64,000 nt of DNA from an uncultured Desulfosarcina sp. (GCA_963674945.2 CAXXWQ010000004.1:960001-1024000), one strand, 5' to 3'. Positions 1-10,076 are shown, counted from the stretch's first letter. The notes: generated by a model from the letters alone, not told the origin. Numbers and translations are program-made.

Positions 1-344
1 TGCCCAAGCCCCTGGAGCGCACCGCTGGTCCTTTCCGGCTCGGCCTCAATGGCCAGGACCTGATACAACGGCTTGCGATAGGCAATCAGGCCGATGTCGA
101 TCAACTCGCCGCGAACCCGGGAAATCTCGTTTTCGTCCATTCCCAGACGCCCGGATAGGGTTCGTGTGGAATAATAGCTCATGCCCTTTGCATCGGCGAC
201 CGTGACCAGGAACAAATACAAGGCCGCAGCCCTATGCGTGCAGCGGTCGATGTAATGTCCGCTGACCAACCGGTGATCGAGCCAACTGAACTGTTTTGGG
301 ATTTTACGGATACGATCGGGGTAAATAGGATGTTTGGCTACCAT
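1..344 (-). CDS. Helix-turn-helix domain protein (3' end runs off the window)
   Basis: Not in ORF track. ATG at 344 with AAGGAG RBS reads MVAKHPIYPDRIRKIPKQFSWLDHRLVSGHYIDRCTHRAAALYLFLVTVADAKGMSYYS..., a wHTH/Rep-like family recalled from IS21-associated modules. Confidence 0.75.
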   Translation of the reverse strand, partial: MVAKHPIYPDRIRKIPKQFSWLDHRLVSGHYIDRCTHRAAALYLFLVTVADAKGMSYYSTRTLSGRLGMDENEISRVRGELIDIGLIAYRKPLYQVLAIEAEPERTSGALQGLG

Positions 345-825
345 GGCGGCCTCCTTGATATTGAGGGTTAAGGATATCGTCGCCCAATTGTTGCATGCGA
401 CGAACGGCCATGGCGATGTCATCTTGTAACGCATACCCGGTTAATTGGGCAATAATACCAATTAATACGGTTGGTTGTCCCGTTACGAGATCTTGTAACG
501 CACGATTTGCAAAATCAGTGATATTAACTGTTTTATCAATATGTTGTCGATTTAAGGGATCTTGTAACGCATCGCCGCTGTTTTCGGGCTTCTTTCGCCA
601 GTATCCCGGATTGTCCTTTCGCCACTGCTGGACCCGCTCTACATTATCCGGCCCACGAAAGTAATCGACATTCTCGGGCTTTTGGTTCCACCGCTTCTGG
701 CTATCGGCCTTGCTGGCCTTACGACATTCAGGCTTTTTGCAGTAACGTTGGCGGTTTTTGTTACGATGATCGGGAACGAATAACCGATGGCAATGACGAC
801 ACTTTTTCCGTTTAATCCCTGACAT
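304..825 (-). CDS. Hypothetical protein with N-terminal Cys-rich Zn-finger-like motif and three ALQD repeats
   Basis: CRHC...YCKKPEC motif; overlaps the start of the downstream HTH gene by 41 nt. Confidence 0.75.
   Translation of the reverse strand: MSGIKRKKCRHCHRLFVPDHRNKNRQRYCKKPECRKASKADSQKRWNQKPENVDYFRGPDNVERVQQWRKDNPGYWRKKPENSGDALQDPLNRQHIDKTVNITDFANRALQDLVTGQPTVLIGIIAQLTGYALQDDIAMAVRRMQQLGDDILNPQYQGGRHGSQTSYLPRSYP
421..571. repeat. Three identical 13-bp direct repeats ATCTTGTAACGCA at a 69-bp period
   Basis: Copies at 421-433, 490-502 and 559-571. Confidence 0.9.
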
Positions 826-967
826 TGGTCGCGACCCTCCTGCGAGCCAATGTTATCCATCTCGTCATTGATTAGACCAACTTTTTACAGGCAAAAAAAT
901 AAGATAAGAAAAAGAGAAGAATATAGGGTTAAAAACATATTGTGGAAGAAAATGATGCCTGTACCTG

Positions 968-998
968 CGGACATTTTCAAATCGTCAGGAATAAGACA
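968..998 (-). mobile_element. Possible left terminal inverted repeat of an IS21-like element
   Basis: Minus strand reads TGTCTTATTCCTGACGATTTGAAAATGTCCG: TG start and IS21-like appearance, upstream of the Zn-finger/HTH pair. The partner IR is not in the window. Confidence 0.35.
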
Positions 999-1038
999 GT
1001 CTCAGGTTGCTGCTGGCATTATGGTTTGATATTTCCTT

Positions 1039-1308
1039 TTATGAAATTGAAGCCTTTTGAGCCAAATAATGCTGATCTAAGGATTGACGCAGATAGGTTT
1101 TTATGACAGCTTGCCGGCTGATATTTAATTCCTTTGCAAGGACGTCCAGTTCCTTAAGCATATCAATACTAAAGTCCACATTAACTCTCTGAATGGCTGG
1201 TTTCATCTCGCCCTTATTTGTAAAATGCTGAGAGATGTCCTCACCACTCATGGCTTTTTCGGCAATTTCGTCAGCGGTTATTTTTTTCTTTTTAGCTGTA
1301 CTCATCAT
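1039..1308 (-). CDS. brnA: BrnA/CopG-family ribbon-helix-helix antitoxin
   Basis: QRVNVDF..DMLKELD...LNISRQAVIK RHH motif; overlaps the toxin stop. Confidence 0.8.
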   Translation of the reverse strand: MMSTAKKKKITADEIAEKAMSGEDISQHFTNKGEMKPAIQRVNVDFSIDMLKELDVLAKELNISRQAVIKTYLRQSLDQHYLAQKASIS

Positions 1309-1570
1309 ATAGTTTCTCTTCTTCTTTTGTTGATCTCCAGAGTGTGACAAGATGATAGTATTCACCTTTGTCATCTTCTCTGATTTCGTATATTACCGAG
1401 TAAAGCCTTCCCTGAACCCATCCGATGGCACGAAACTGCTCTGGATCGTCACTACGACAGTCCACGTAATGGGGGTGTGTCCAAATTTCTTGGACCTCGG
1501 AAAAACCGATATTTCGGCGAGGGTCTGCTTTAAGCTTTTTACTCTTTCGACTGTCGTATTTAAACCTCAT
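1292..1570 (-). CDS. brnT: BrnT-family type II toxin (ribonuclease)
   Basis: MRFKYDSRKS..K...RNIGF...EQFRAIG..., 92 aa, toxin-first gene order. Confidence 0.8.
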   Translation of the reverse strand: MRFKYDSRKSKKLKADPRRNIGFSEVQEIWTHPHYVDCRSDDPEQFRAIGWVQGRLYSVIYEIREDDKGEYYHLVTLWRSTKEEEKLYDEYS

Positions 1571-1699
1571 GGATTTGAACTGTATAACAGTTATACCATC
1601 TTGTCAACGCAATACGAACTTGTTGAAGTGAAAATAAGGCAGTAAAAATTGGGAATTTAGATTCGCTTCTTTTGAGGTGACACTGAGCTGTCAATAGCC

Positions 1700-2248
1700 T
1701 CATCTACGCTTTCCTTTCTGATTTGGGTGATGAGATACAGAAGATACACCACATCCCAACAAAAAATCGATGGAACAACGCAGTGTATTGGCCAGTTTAA
1801 GGATCACATCCGTACTGGTGTGGTAACCGGCTTCTATTCTTTTGATTTGATCAACGGGCAACCCGGAGCGTTTGGAAACCTCCGCGATGCTAAATCCCAT
1901 ATCCTCACGCCAATAACGTACCCGTTTGCCCATTTCCGGATCTTTGTTGGTTTCGGAATGAGGGTATGTTGGTACATCTTCTTTCACCATTTTGTCCAAT
2001 GGATCAGTCGTTTGGTAAAAAACGTGTCCCCATAAAAAATAATCCATCGGTTTGCCGGTGGCCACTGATACAGCTAATATGTAATTCAATGAAGGATTTT
2101 GGCTGGCTTTTGCGCTGTGAATATTGGATACCACGTTGATCTTCACACCCACTTTATTCGCCCATTCTGTTCTGGAATAGCCATCCATTTCCTTCTCAAT
2201 GCGTCGAAGGACATCTTTGAAATTGATGTCAACGTGATATTTTTTCAT
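1700..2248 (-). CDS. XRE-family transcriptional regulator with two HTH domains
   Basis: Two HTH_XRE-like units ending DYFLWG and DFLLG. Confidence 0.8.
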   Translation of the reverse strand: MKKYHVDINFKDVLRRIEKEMDGYSRTEWANKVGVKINVVSNIHSAKASQNPSLNYILAVSVATGKPMDYFLWGHVFYQTTDPLDKMVKEDVPTYPHSETNKDPEMGKRVRYWREDMGFSIAEVSKRSGLPVDQIKRIEAGYHTSTDVILKLANTLRCSIDFLLGCGVSSVSHHPNQKGKRR

Positions 2249-2681
2249 TATCTATAATTTTTTCTTGACAATAAATTCATTGTATTTGTATTAATGATCT
2301 GCACGCCTTCAATTGAACCTGATCTCATATTATTCCAGAATTTTTTCTATTCGGCATTTCTATATCAGTCGGCTCTTTTCAACTATTGCTTTAATGGTGC
2401 AGAAGCAGGTTCCAATATTTAATTTTTAATGTAATTCTAAATTATATATATCGACAAACAGCAAGGACTCAAGATTAGATTTTCTATTTGCTAATATCGC
2501 TCACGGGAGATTCATTTTTAAATTACATCAATACGTTAATGGAATCAAATCCTATTCCATTAAATGTAGGACAGATAAAAATAGATGCCGCTGAAAAACT
2601 CGAAATAAAATTTGTTCGACCTCTCACCGCAAAAGAGTTTATGGCCACGAGCTGTTTGTCGATTTCCCTATGGATGAATAA

Positions 2682-3062
2682 ATGTTTGGACAAAGTGAAA
2701 TCCCGATTTTTGAAAAAAAAATGAAGAAAGTGGGCATATCAAAACGGGGAGACAAGGGTGACAAGACCAGAACGGGGCCGATGACACAAACGCTATCCGA
2801 AGCGATGAAAAAACATTTTTCGTTGATGGACGATATTATTTCGAATCCAAAAACGAAAGTCCCGTGGGATGAAACCCTGGTCTTTGCTTCACTGCGAAGC
2901 GGCAAGCAAATGACAGACATCCGCCGGCCATTATGGAACGCGATTGAAAAAGCCGGTATTTCGAGAAAGGTGACGCCACACATTTTGCGACACAGCTTTG
3001 CAACCCACATGCTCGAAGGCGACGCGGATCTGAGACGATCCAGGAGTTATTGGATGACTGAT
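2682..3062 (+). pseudogene. Tyrosine recombinase/integrase C-terminal remnant
   Basis: [13 protein letters not shown] motif, then GATCTGAGACGATCCAGGAGTTATTGG = DLR(T)IQELL with a 1-nt deletion. The catalytic Tyr region and N-terminus are missing. Confidence 0.85.
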
Positions 3063-3128
3063 GACAAGCTTGTCATTTTTACTTGGATTATTTATTGTTT
3101 TTACGGATAGTTATTCTATGAACACCAA

Positions 3129-3174
3129 ACTCTTAATCAGTAGGTTGAAGGTTCGATTCCTTCACGGCCCACCA
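3129..3174 (+). other. 3' half of tRNA-Lys(CUU), att-site copy 1
   Basis: ACTCTTAATCAGTAGGTTGAAGGTTCGATTCCTTCACGGCCCACCA: anticodon loop CTCTTAA, T-arm GGTTCGATTCC, CCA end; no 5' half. Confidence 0.85.
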
Positions 3175-3194
3175 TCATCAATTTTATGTTTAAT

Positions 3195-3233
3195 AACGGG
3201 AAGTTAGGCTCTTTTGCCTCTTCCCGTTTTTTT
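3195..3233 (+). terminator. Intrinsic terminator after att copy 1
   Basis: AACGGGAAG...CTTCCCGTT stem followed by a T run. Confidence 0.8.
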
Positions 3234-3249
3234 GTACTTTCTTCCATTA

Positions 3250-3293
3250 TCTTAATCAGTTGGTTGAAGGTTTGATTCCTTCACGGTTCACCA
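3250..3293 (+). other. Degenerate second 3' half of tRNA-Lys(CUU), att-site copy 2
   Basis: TCTTAATCAGTTGGTTGAAGGTTTGATTCCTTCACGGTTCACCA, 4 mismatches to copy 1. Confidence 0.8.
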
Positions 3294-3304
3294 AAAAATA
3301 CTAT

Positions 3305-3340
3305 GCGAAATCGGTTAGTTATACCGGTTTCGCTTTTTTT
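3305..3340 (+). terminator. Intrinsic terminator after att copy 2
   Basis: GCGAAATCGGT...ACCGGTTTCGC stem plus T7. Confidence 0.8.
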
Positions 3341-3790
3341 AGGGAGTCTCCATTTAAAAAATGACAAGGCGGCCGACTTTGTGATCGAACAGATAGATAT
3401 TCTACATACCACTTAAAAGTTCTTTGATGAAATAAAAGCCGAATGTGCGGGTCAATACGTGGCATACAAGTCATTACGAGAGAAGAATGCCCTCTTGTCA
3501 AATTGTACTATTGTACTACTGAATCCGCTTGGCAAGCCCCCGTCTATCTGGGATGAACAATCTGATACCAAATGACCATAGCGAAAAACATATGAATCTA
3601 TGAAAATGGCAGTTTGGTAGGAAAATACAAGATGTTGGCGAATGGGAGGGCAATTCAAACGGATTCAGACTGAAAGGCAAAGCCATTCCGGCGATCCCAT
3701 AAAAAAAGATCCTACCGGTTTTTGTGTCCTTGCCACGGATGCAAAAATTTGGAAGTATGAGATATCTTCCGCAGCGATATATCATCATCC

Positions 3791-4349
3791 ATGGGAATCA
3801 AAAGCATGATAGACAAAGAGACCGATAGAGGCATGCAACGGACGCGGGTGATTACAGAACCCTTGCAAACCAAGATCGATCTCATCGGCCGCCTCGTGCG
3901 GCAGGTGGTCGGTCAACAGACCGGCGCTGAAACCGCCCGATTGATCGAAGATCTGATGGATCTTTGCGAGGCCGCTTCCCGTTCAAATCAGTGGCGGTCC
4001 CACACCGATCTGCAGCCGCGCATCGAGGCCCTGGAACTGGATCAGCTGGTCTGGATCTGTCGTGCATTTACCGTCTTTTTCCACCTGGTCAACGAGGCCG
4101 AACGGCAGGAAATCATCCGCATCAATCGCCTGGCGGCGCAAAAGGAGACACTGGAATGCCCGCACAAGGGATCGATTCTCGAAGCAATCCATCGTTTTGC
4201 GCAACCCCTACACCGATGTACTCAACCTGATCCAAGTCGAACTTCTCAAACGCTGGGCCGCAGACGCCGAAGAACAGTCCATACCCCTGCGCCAAGCCCT
4301 GTTTCTCAGCATCAACGGCATCGCAGCGGCCATGCAGAGTACAGGGTGA
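3791..4349 (+). pseudogene. ppc: Phosphoenolpyruvate carboxylase, internally deleted
   Basis: N-terminal PEPC (RAFTVFFHLVNEAE) is joined out of frame at ~4185-4200 to the C-terminal signature RNPYTDVLNLIQVELL...SINGIAAAMQSTG*. Confidence 0.9.
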
Positions 4350-4542
4350 TGCATGACCCTTTTCTACAAGCTTCGGATGGGTAAGCAGAAAAGGCAAAAA
4401 TCCAGGTCGTATCTTTTCCATGGATTGATATGGGTAAACCAGCACCGAAGTAATTTTCTGGATGCTTTTTTACCACGGTCTCCTGGGCGGATTCGCTTTT
4501 TGTTCTGCTTCCGTTAACCACAATCTTGAAAGGATTGTGCAA

Positions 4543-5757
4543 ATGATACCCACCAACCATTTATTGATGAGAGCATTCGCATTCCCCGTGATGATTGTTT
4601 TTCTGGCAACGGTTGTCGCATCTGTTCACGCGGCAGAGCCTATTGTCATTGACGACGATGTGCCTGCCGAGGGTGGCTTTCGCAGTATCACACTGCTTCA
4701 AGGGTTGGAGCACCCATGGTCCATGGCGTGGTTGCCCAATGGTGATCTGCTGATCACCGAACGGCCGGGACGGCTGCGTTTGGTGAAGGGGGGAAGACTG
4801 GTGCCTGCTCCTGTCGATGGTGTCTCCGAAGTATTTGCCGCTGGTCAGGGAGGCCTGCTCGATGTCCGTTTGCATCCCCGTTTTTCTGAAAACCACCGGA
4901 TCTATTTTTCCTATGCACACGGCAGTTTCAGGGCGAACCATACGCGCATCGCCGCGGCCAAATTCAATGGTGACCGCCTCGAAAACTGGACGGTGATTTT
5001 TCACGTCGGGATTCATAAATCAGGCAAACAACATTTTGGATCGCGCTTGCTGTGGCTTCCTGATGAAAGCCTATTGGTCTCCATCGGAGATGGCGGGAAT
5101 CCACCGATTCGACTCTCGGGGGATTGGATTCGTAAACAGGCCCAGAATAAACAAAACCATTTGGGAAAAATACTGCGGCTGGATGATACCGGCAATGCGC
5201 CCCGGGATAATCCTTTTTCTGGCACGGCGGATGCCGAGAAAACAATTTGGAGCTATGGCCACCGGAATATCCAGGGGTTGGCGTATGATTCGCTCCGAAA
5301 GGTGGTGTGGGCATCGGAACACGGGGCGCTTGGTGGAGACGAGTTGAACCGCATTGTCAAGGGCGGAAATTATGGATGGCCAGAGGCTACCTTCAGCCGT
5401 GAGTACCTGGGCGGTTTCAAAATCTCAGACCACGTATCGAGACCCGGCATGGTGGATCCAACGGTCGTCTGGATGACGGCCATTGCACCCTCCGGGTTGA
5501 TGGTATATACCGGCGATCGTTTTTCTCGGTGGCACGGTGATGTCTTCGTTGGAGGACTCAAGTCCCAGGATATCCGGCGAATCGACCTGGATCATTCCGG
5601 CCGGGTGATCGCTCAAACGGCCCTGCGCATCGGCCATCGCGTGAGAGATATTCGCCAAGGACCAGATGGACTGGTTTACGTTCTCACGGATGAATCCGAC
5701 GGTCACCTCATTCGCCTCGAACCGGCCGCGGATCGCCAGTCGCCGCCCTCGCCATGA
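4543..5757 (+). CDS. PQQ-dependent glucose/sorbosone dehydrogenase (YliI/sGDH family)
   Basis: GLEHPWSMAWLP, GQGGLLD, HFGSRL, SYGHRNIQG, GGNYGWP motifs; signal peptide. Start codon uncertain. Confidence 0.9.
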   Translation: MIPTNHLLMRAFAFPVMIVFLATVVASVHAAEPIVIDDDVPAEGGFRSITLLQGLEHPWSMAWLPNGDLLITERPGRLRLVKGGRLVPAPVDGVSEVFAAGQGGLLDVRLHPRFSENHRIYFSYAHGSFRANHTRIAAAKFNGDRLENWTVIFHVGIHKSGKQHFGSRLLWLPDESLLVSIGDGGNPPIRLSGDWIRKQAQNKQNHLGKILRLDDTGNAPRDNPFSGTADAEKTIWSYGHRNIQGLAYDSLRKVVWASEHGALGGDELNRIVKGGNYGWPEATFSREYLGGFKISDHVSRPGMVDPTVVWMTAIAPSGLMVYTGDRFSRWHGDVFVGGLKSQDIRRIDLDHSGRVIAQTALRIGHRVRDIRQGPDGLVYVLTDESDGHLIRLEPAADRQSPPSP

Positions 5758-5813
5758 TCGTGTTGGATCGACTCATTCAGGCAATTCTGCATTGTTGGTG
5801 ATCTTCTCCGGGG

Positions 5814-6665
5814 CTATTCCTTTAAACCGAGGATCAGGTAGTCGGCGTCCTTCTTTGAGACGCTTTCGGGTGTCCAGCGGCCCTCAACGGCGGGCTGGAT
5901 GACGGCCTGCTTGACTTCGGCATTCTCTCGGGCGGCCTGCTCGGGTGCGGCCAGCTTCCAGGCGTGGATCATCCCGCAAAGAACGACGACCGTGCGTTCG
6001 GGATGGACTTTGAGATATTCCAAGGCATAAACGGCCATGGCTGTGTCCCAGACGAGTTGGGCCTCACAGAAACGGCGAAAACCCGATTCCGAGCCGTGAT
6101 CGCCCAATACACGGCGCAGGAATTCCTCGTATTCCCGATCCACGCGACAAACGATGGGGGGCAGCTTGCCGATCTCCTCGGGCGTCAGGGACGCGAAGCC
6201 ATTTCGCGCCACCTTGCGTGTGATGCTTCGCGGCACGTTCAGGCCAACCATAGGGATGCTCCGGTCCCGGCAGTACAGGAAGATCTCCCGATACAAGTGC
6301 CAATCCTGACTCCAATTGCGGGCAAAGGCCCGGCGCATCTCCGCCTCGCTCAGCGCTCGGGCGACCCAGGCGTCGAGGATGCTCTGCTCGATGTGTTGAA
6401 ACATCTCCAAGCCCACGGCCAAGGTGCGTTTGCGCTTGTCAAGGCTTTGGATGACAGCCAACTGGGCAGCGTGGTGGGCGGCATTGTCGTGGAACTCTCC
6501 CACGTAGACAATGCCCGGTGATGACAATTTACCGGCCGCCTGGTCCAGGCTGATTTCGGCTTTGCCGGCTACGTCCCATAGGGTCATGTCCGCGGCGACA
6601 AGGGTGGTGCCGGGCATGAACAGGAATAATAACAGCAACGTTTGAAAAACAAATCGCAGTGTCAT
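5814..6665 (-). CDS. ChaN-family (haem/iron uptake) protein
   Basis: VYVGEFHD...HH..QL, GLEMF, AQLVWDTAMA motifs. Confidence 0.85.
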   Translation of the reverse strand: MTLRFVFQTLLLLFLFMPGTTLVAADMTLWDVAGKAEISLDQAAGKLSSPGIVYVGEFHDNAAHHAAQLAVIQSLDKRKRTLAVGLEMFQHIEQSILDAWVARALSEAEMRRAFARNWSQDWHLYREIFLYCRDRSIPMVGLNVPRSITRKVARNGFASLTPEEIGKLPPIVCRVDREYEEFLRRVLGDHGSESGFRRFCEAQLVWDTAMAVYALEYLKVHPERTVVVLCGMIHAWKLAAPEQAARENAEVKQAVIQPAVEGRWTPESVSKKDADYLILGLKE

Positions 6666-8778
6666 GAGCCTTTCTCCAGATCAATGACAAGGGGTGATCC
6701 GGACGCCTCGCCGACGCCCTTACCGGTGTTGACACCGTCCTTGAAGGACAGCCAACCATAGCGGCCGTAATGGGTAATCTTGCGGGCCGTTCGTACCACC
6801 GTCTCGAGGTCGGTGCCTTCCACGGGAAGGAATACGGCCACCAGCTTCTGTTTTGCCTTGAAGACCGCGAACAGCGTGTCGGCATTGTGACTGGAGACAT
6901 CCTCTCCCACGCGGAACGCCTCGGCCGAGAGCACCATTGCATCGCCCAGCGCCGACAACAGGTTGCGACCCTTTTCTCGTTTGGGCATGCCGAAGAAGAG
7001 TACGTCTTTGCCGACGGTATCCTCGGCAGCGAATCTGCTTTCACTCCAGACGGGGGTGCCACCATGATTGAGGCCTGTTAGAAGCCCTTGGAAAACTTCA
7101 GGCCAGGGCGAGGGGCTGTCTTCGGCGATCACGGCGGCCAGGGCGCCGGCGCCCTTTACCGCGTTGACGGTGGCCGGAATTTCCTCAGGGTAAAGAAGGC
7201 GAAACACATCGAAGTCGGGGTCGGCGGCAACGGTTCGCGGCGCCTGTTGCATCCGGATGCTGAATGCCGCTGTGGCGCCATCCAGGGCAACGGTCTCACT
7301 TCGGCTCACCGTGGCATCGGTCACCACCACCGGCACGCGGACGTCGTAGTGGGGGATTTCTGAAAGAGTACCCCTTCCGCCTGCGCACGGCCTGCCGCAG
7401 TAACCACCCGGGGGCGATCCATGGCCAATTGCAGGGCACCTGGACGGGTGATCCACTGATCGTGGAAGGTGCGCACCTCATCATGGCGCAAGCCGCCGTG
7501 CGCGGCAAACGCATCCATGAAGTGATCCCAGTTGGTTCTCTGGTAGAGCCGCTAAGCAAAAATGTCGCGCAATGCGTCCCAGAACGCCGCGTCACCGATT
7601 CGCAGGCGCATCATATGAAAGACAAACATGGCCTTCCCGTAGCCGATGGCCTGGCTGGCCGGATTGTAGCGGCTGCGGAAGGCCGACAGGGGAAAGTCCT
7701 GTGCGCCTGCGGCGAGAAGCGCATACTTTTCGAGCGTGCGCAGGCGATAGCCACGGGCCTCTTCCAAGGATTGCTCCTCCTTGGACAGGTAGTCGGCCAC
7801 ATAAGTGGTCAGCCCCTCGCACCAATTGCCCCCGGTCGCATCCACGAACACGCCGTTGCCCCACCAGCAGTGGGCCACCTCGTGTCTGAGACTGGTGTCG
7901 GAAATGAAGGGCAGCCGCAACACGCGGCTGCCCAGCAGGGTAAACGATGGAAAACCGTATCCGGTGGGAAAGAAATTTTCCACTACAGCGAATTTGGCAA
8001 ATGGATAGGGCCCGTGAAGCGCTTCATAGCGGCCGATGTGACGCTGCACGGCCTCCAGATAACGCTTTGAAAGCCCGGCATTGGCCGGGAAGAAATAGGT
8101 GGCGATGCGTACCTGGTCATGCATGCGCTCGCCTATGACGTAGCGGCCCGCAAACATGGCCAGCGGCCCCGATGGCCGTGCAATCGACCAAATCGACAGG
8201 CTCCTGTCGGCATCGTCGGTGTGGGCTTCGAGCCTGCCCTCCATCACTGCATAAACGCCCTTGGGCGCGGTCACCGACACCCGAAAGGTCTCGGGGACAT
8301 CGTCCGGGATCATTGGGTACCAGCCGCTGCCAGCCAGAAAAAAGGCTGCGTCCCGGGTTATGGAGCCCATGACCCCCTGCCCGGTGTTGTCCATGGAAAA
8401 GGGCTCGGGCTCGAAGGGGTCGTCGAAGACACCCTCGTAGTTCAGGACTACGGTGTGTGAAGACGAATCCGTTGCCTCGGGATGCAAATACAGTACACCA
8501 TCTTTGTGGGTGGTCGTGGCGCCCCCCACGGAAAGGATGTGCACACCGGGGCGAACGGTCACCCGCAGGCGCGACATACCCTGGGGAAGACGGATGGTGT
8601 CCATACCGCGCAGGACTTTGGCATCGTGCAGGATTTCCACCGCAAGCTCGTGGTGGAGGGCCTGCTGTGCTGCGGCATCGAAAGCTGCCGGAAACAGGAT
8701 CCACAGTCCTGCCATGGCAGCGATGAAAATCGGGCGCAGGCCGTGTAGCGCATGAGATTGTCTATTTTTTGATAGCAT
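6662..8778 (-). pseudogene. M1-family Zn aminopeptidase with an in-frame TAG and a frameshift
   Basis: HEVAHCWWGN...NWCEGL zinc motif. TAG at 7552-7554 is followed by in-frame continuation; a C5 run (G5 at 7351-7355 on +) is one base short of restoring the frame. Confidence 0.85.
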
Positions 8779-8898
8779 CGTGGGAATCGTTTTCTCAAAA
8801 ATTTGAAATTTACTATGCAGCCATATTGACTGCTGCGTTTCAGGCCGACTGTGTTTCAGATTTGGTTTTTTTCAACGTTTTCAAGCGGTGAACGCGCC

Positions 8899-9981
8899 CT
8901 ACAGGGGGCACTCGAAGGTCGGATCCACGGCACAGCGGTAGTATATTCGAAAACCCTCTATGGTTTCGACGAGTTCGGGAACACCGGTCATGATGTCACC
9001 CTCGGTGTAGTAGTCGCGTGAGTAGTAAGACTGGAGGGTGCCGTCGACGAACTTGACGATCGACATGCCCGGGGCACTGAAAGGGGCCCCGTTGAACTCC
9101 CCGGCCATCGTCCAGGTCGCCATGTATACGCCGTCGACCAGGGTTTCGTCCTCGACCGTGGTGTACAGGTCCGACGATCCGGCGAACAGCCGGCCGAGGA
9201 ACACGGCCATCGTGTCGGGGCCATAGATATCGACGATGGGGTCGTGGTATTCGTAGTCGCTTGCCAGGTATGGCAGCGCGGCCGTCCAGTTCTCGGCATT
9301 GATTTCGACCAGCTGACGACCGACCGCCAACTGCTCCTTGCGCAGCTGCGCCGGCGACAGCAGGCGGTTGTCGTTTCCAGGCAACACCTGCGGGTCGTCC
9401 GGCGCCCCAAAACCGATCCCGCTTTCGCTTCCCTCCGGAAATCCGTCGAGCGGGCACTCGAAGGTCGGATCCACGGCGCACCGGTAGTAGGTCCGGAAGC
9501 CCCCGATCATCTGGTCCAGGCCCGGAATGGTGGTCATGATGTCGCCCTCGGAATAGTAATCGCGCTGGTAGTACACCAGCGATGTGCGGGGCCGGAACTT
9601 GAAGGTCGAGATGCCCTTGGCCTCGTAGGGAACGCCGAGGAACTGGCCGGTCATGAACCACGTCGCCGAGTAGGTGTCCCCGCTCAGGGTCTCGTCCTCG
9701 ACAATTGTGACGAGATCGGGCGAAGCGTCCAGTAGCTGGTTGAGAAACCCGGTCATCGCCTCCAACCCGTAGATGTCGACGATCGGATCGTGGTATTCGA
9801 TGTCGTCCGTATAGTACGGCAGGACTTCCGCCACGTTCGTCGACTGCACCTCGAGCAGGGCACGTCCGACCTCGAGTCGCTGCTGGTCGAGCTGGTGCGG
9901 ACCGTCGTTTGAACAGGCCTGGGCCGTCAGGATCATGACAATGCCGGCGAGCAACGGGATTGCTTGTATCAACTTTATCAT
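8899..9981 (-). CDS. Secreted/lipoprotein with two tandem SnoaL/NTF2-like domains
   Basis: EYHDPIVDIYG...RDYY.EGDIMT...YYRCAVDPTFECPL occurs twice; lipobox-like AQAC. Confidence 0.8.
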   Translation of the reverse strand: MIKLIQAIPLLAGIVMILTAQACSNDGPHQLDQQRLEVGRALLEVQSTNVAEVLPYYTDDIEYHDPIVDIYGLEAMTGFLNQLLDASPDLVTIVEDETLSGDTYSATWFMTGQFLGVPYEAKGISTFKFRPRTSLVYYQRDYYSEGDIMTTIPGLDQMIGGFRTYYRCAVDPTFECPLDGFPEGSESGIGFGAPDDPQVLPGNDNRLLSPAQLRKEQLAVGRQLVEINAENWTAALPYLASDYEYHDPIVDIYGPDTMAVFLGRLFAGSSDLYTTVEDETLVDGVYMATWTMAGEFNGAPFSAPGMSIVKFVDGTLQSYYSRDYYTEGDIMTGVPELVETIEGFRIYYRCAVDPTFECPL

Positions 9982-10076
9982 GGATAGGACTCCTTATCAT
10001 CGAATTGCTGATGGAAAATTTCCCAAAAACAGTAAAGCAGTAGCAAGGCCAACAGATCGATGGCCATTCGGATTTG

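Noticed and set aside
421..571. CRISPR array (69-bp period)
   Set aside because: The repeat is only 13 bp, non-palindromic, lies within a coding frame, and no cas genes are in the window.
3129..3293. Functional tRNA genes
   Set aside because: Both copies lack the 5' acceptor strand and D-arm.
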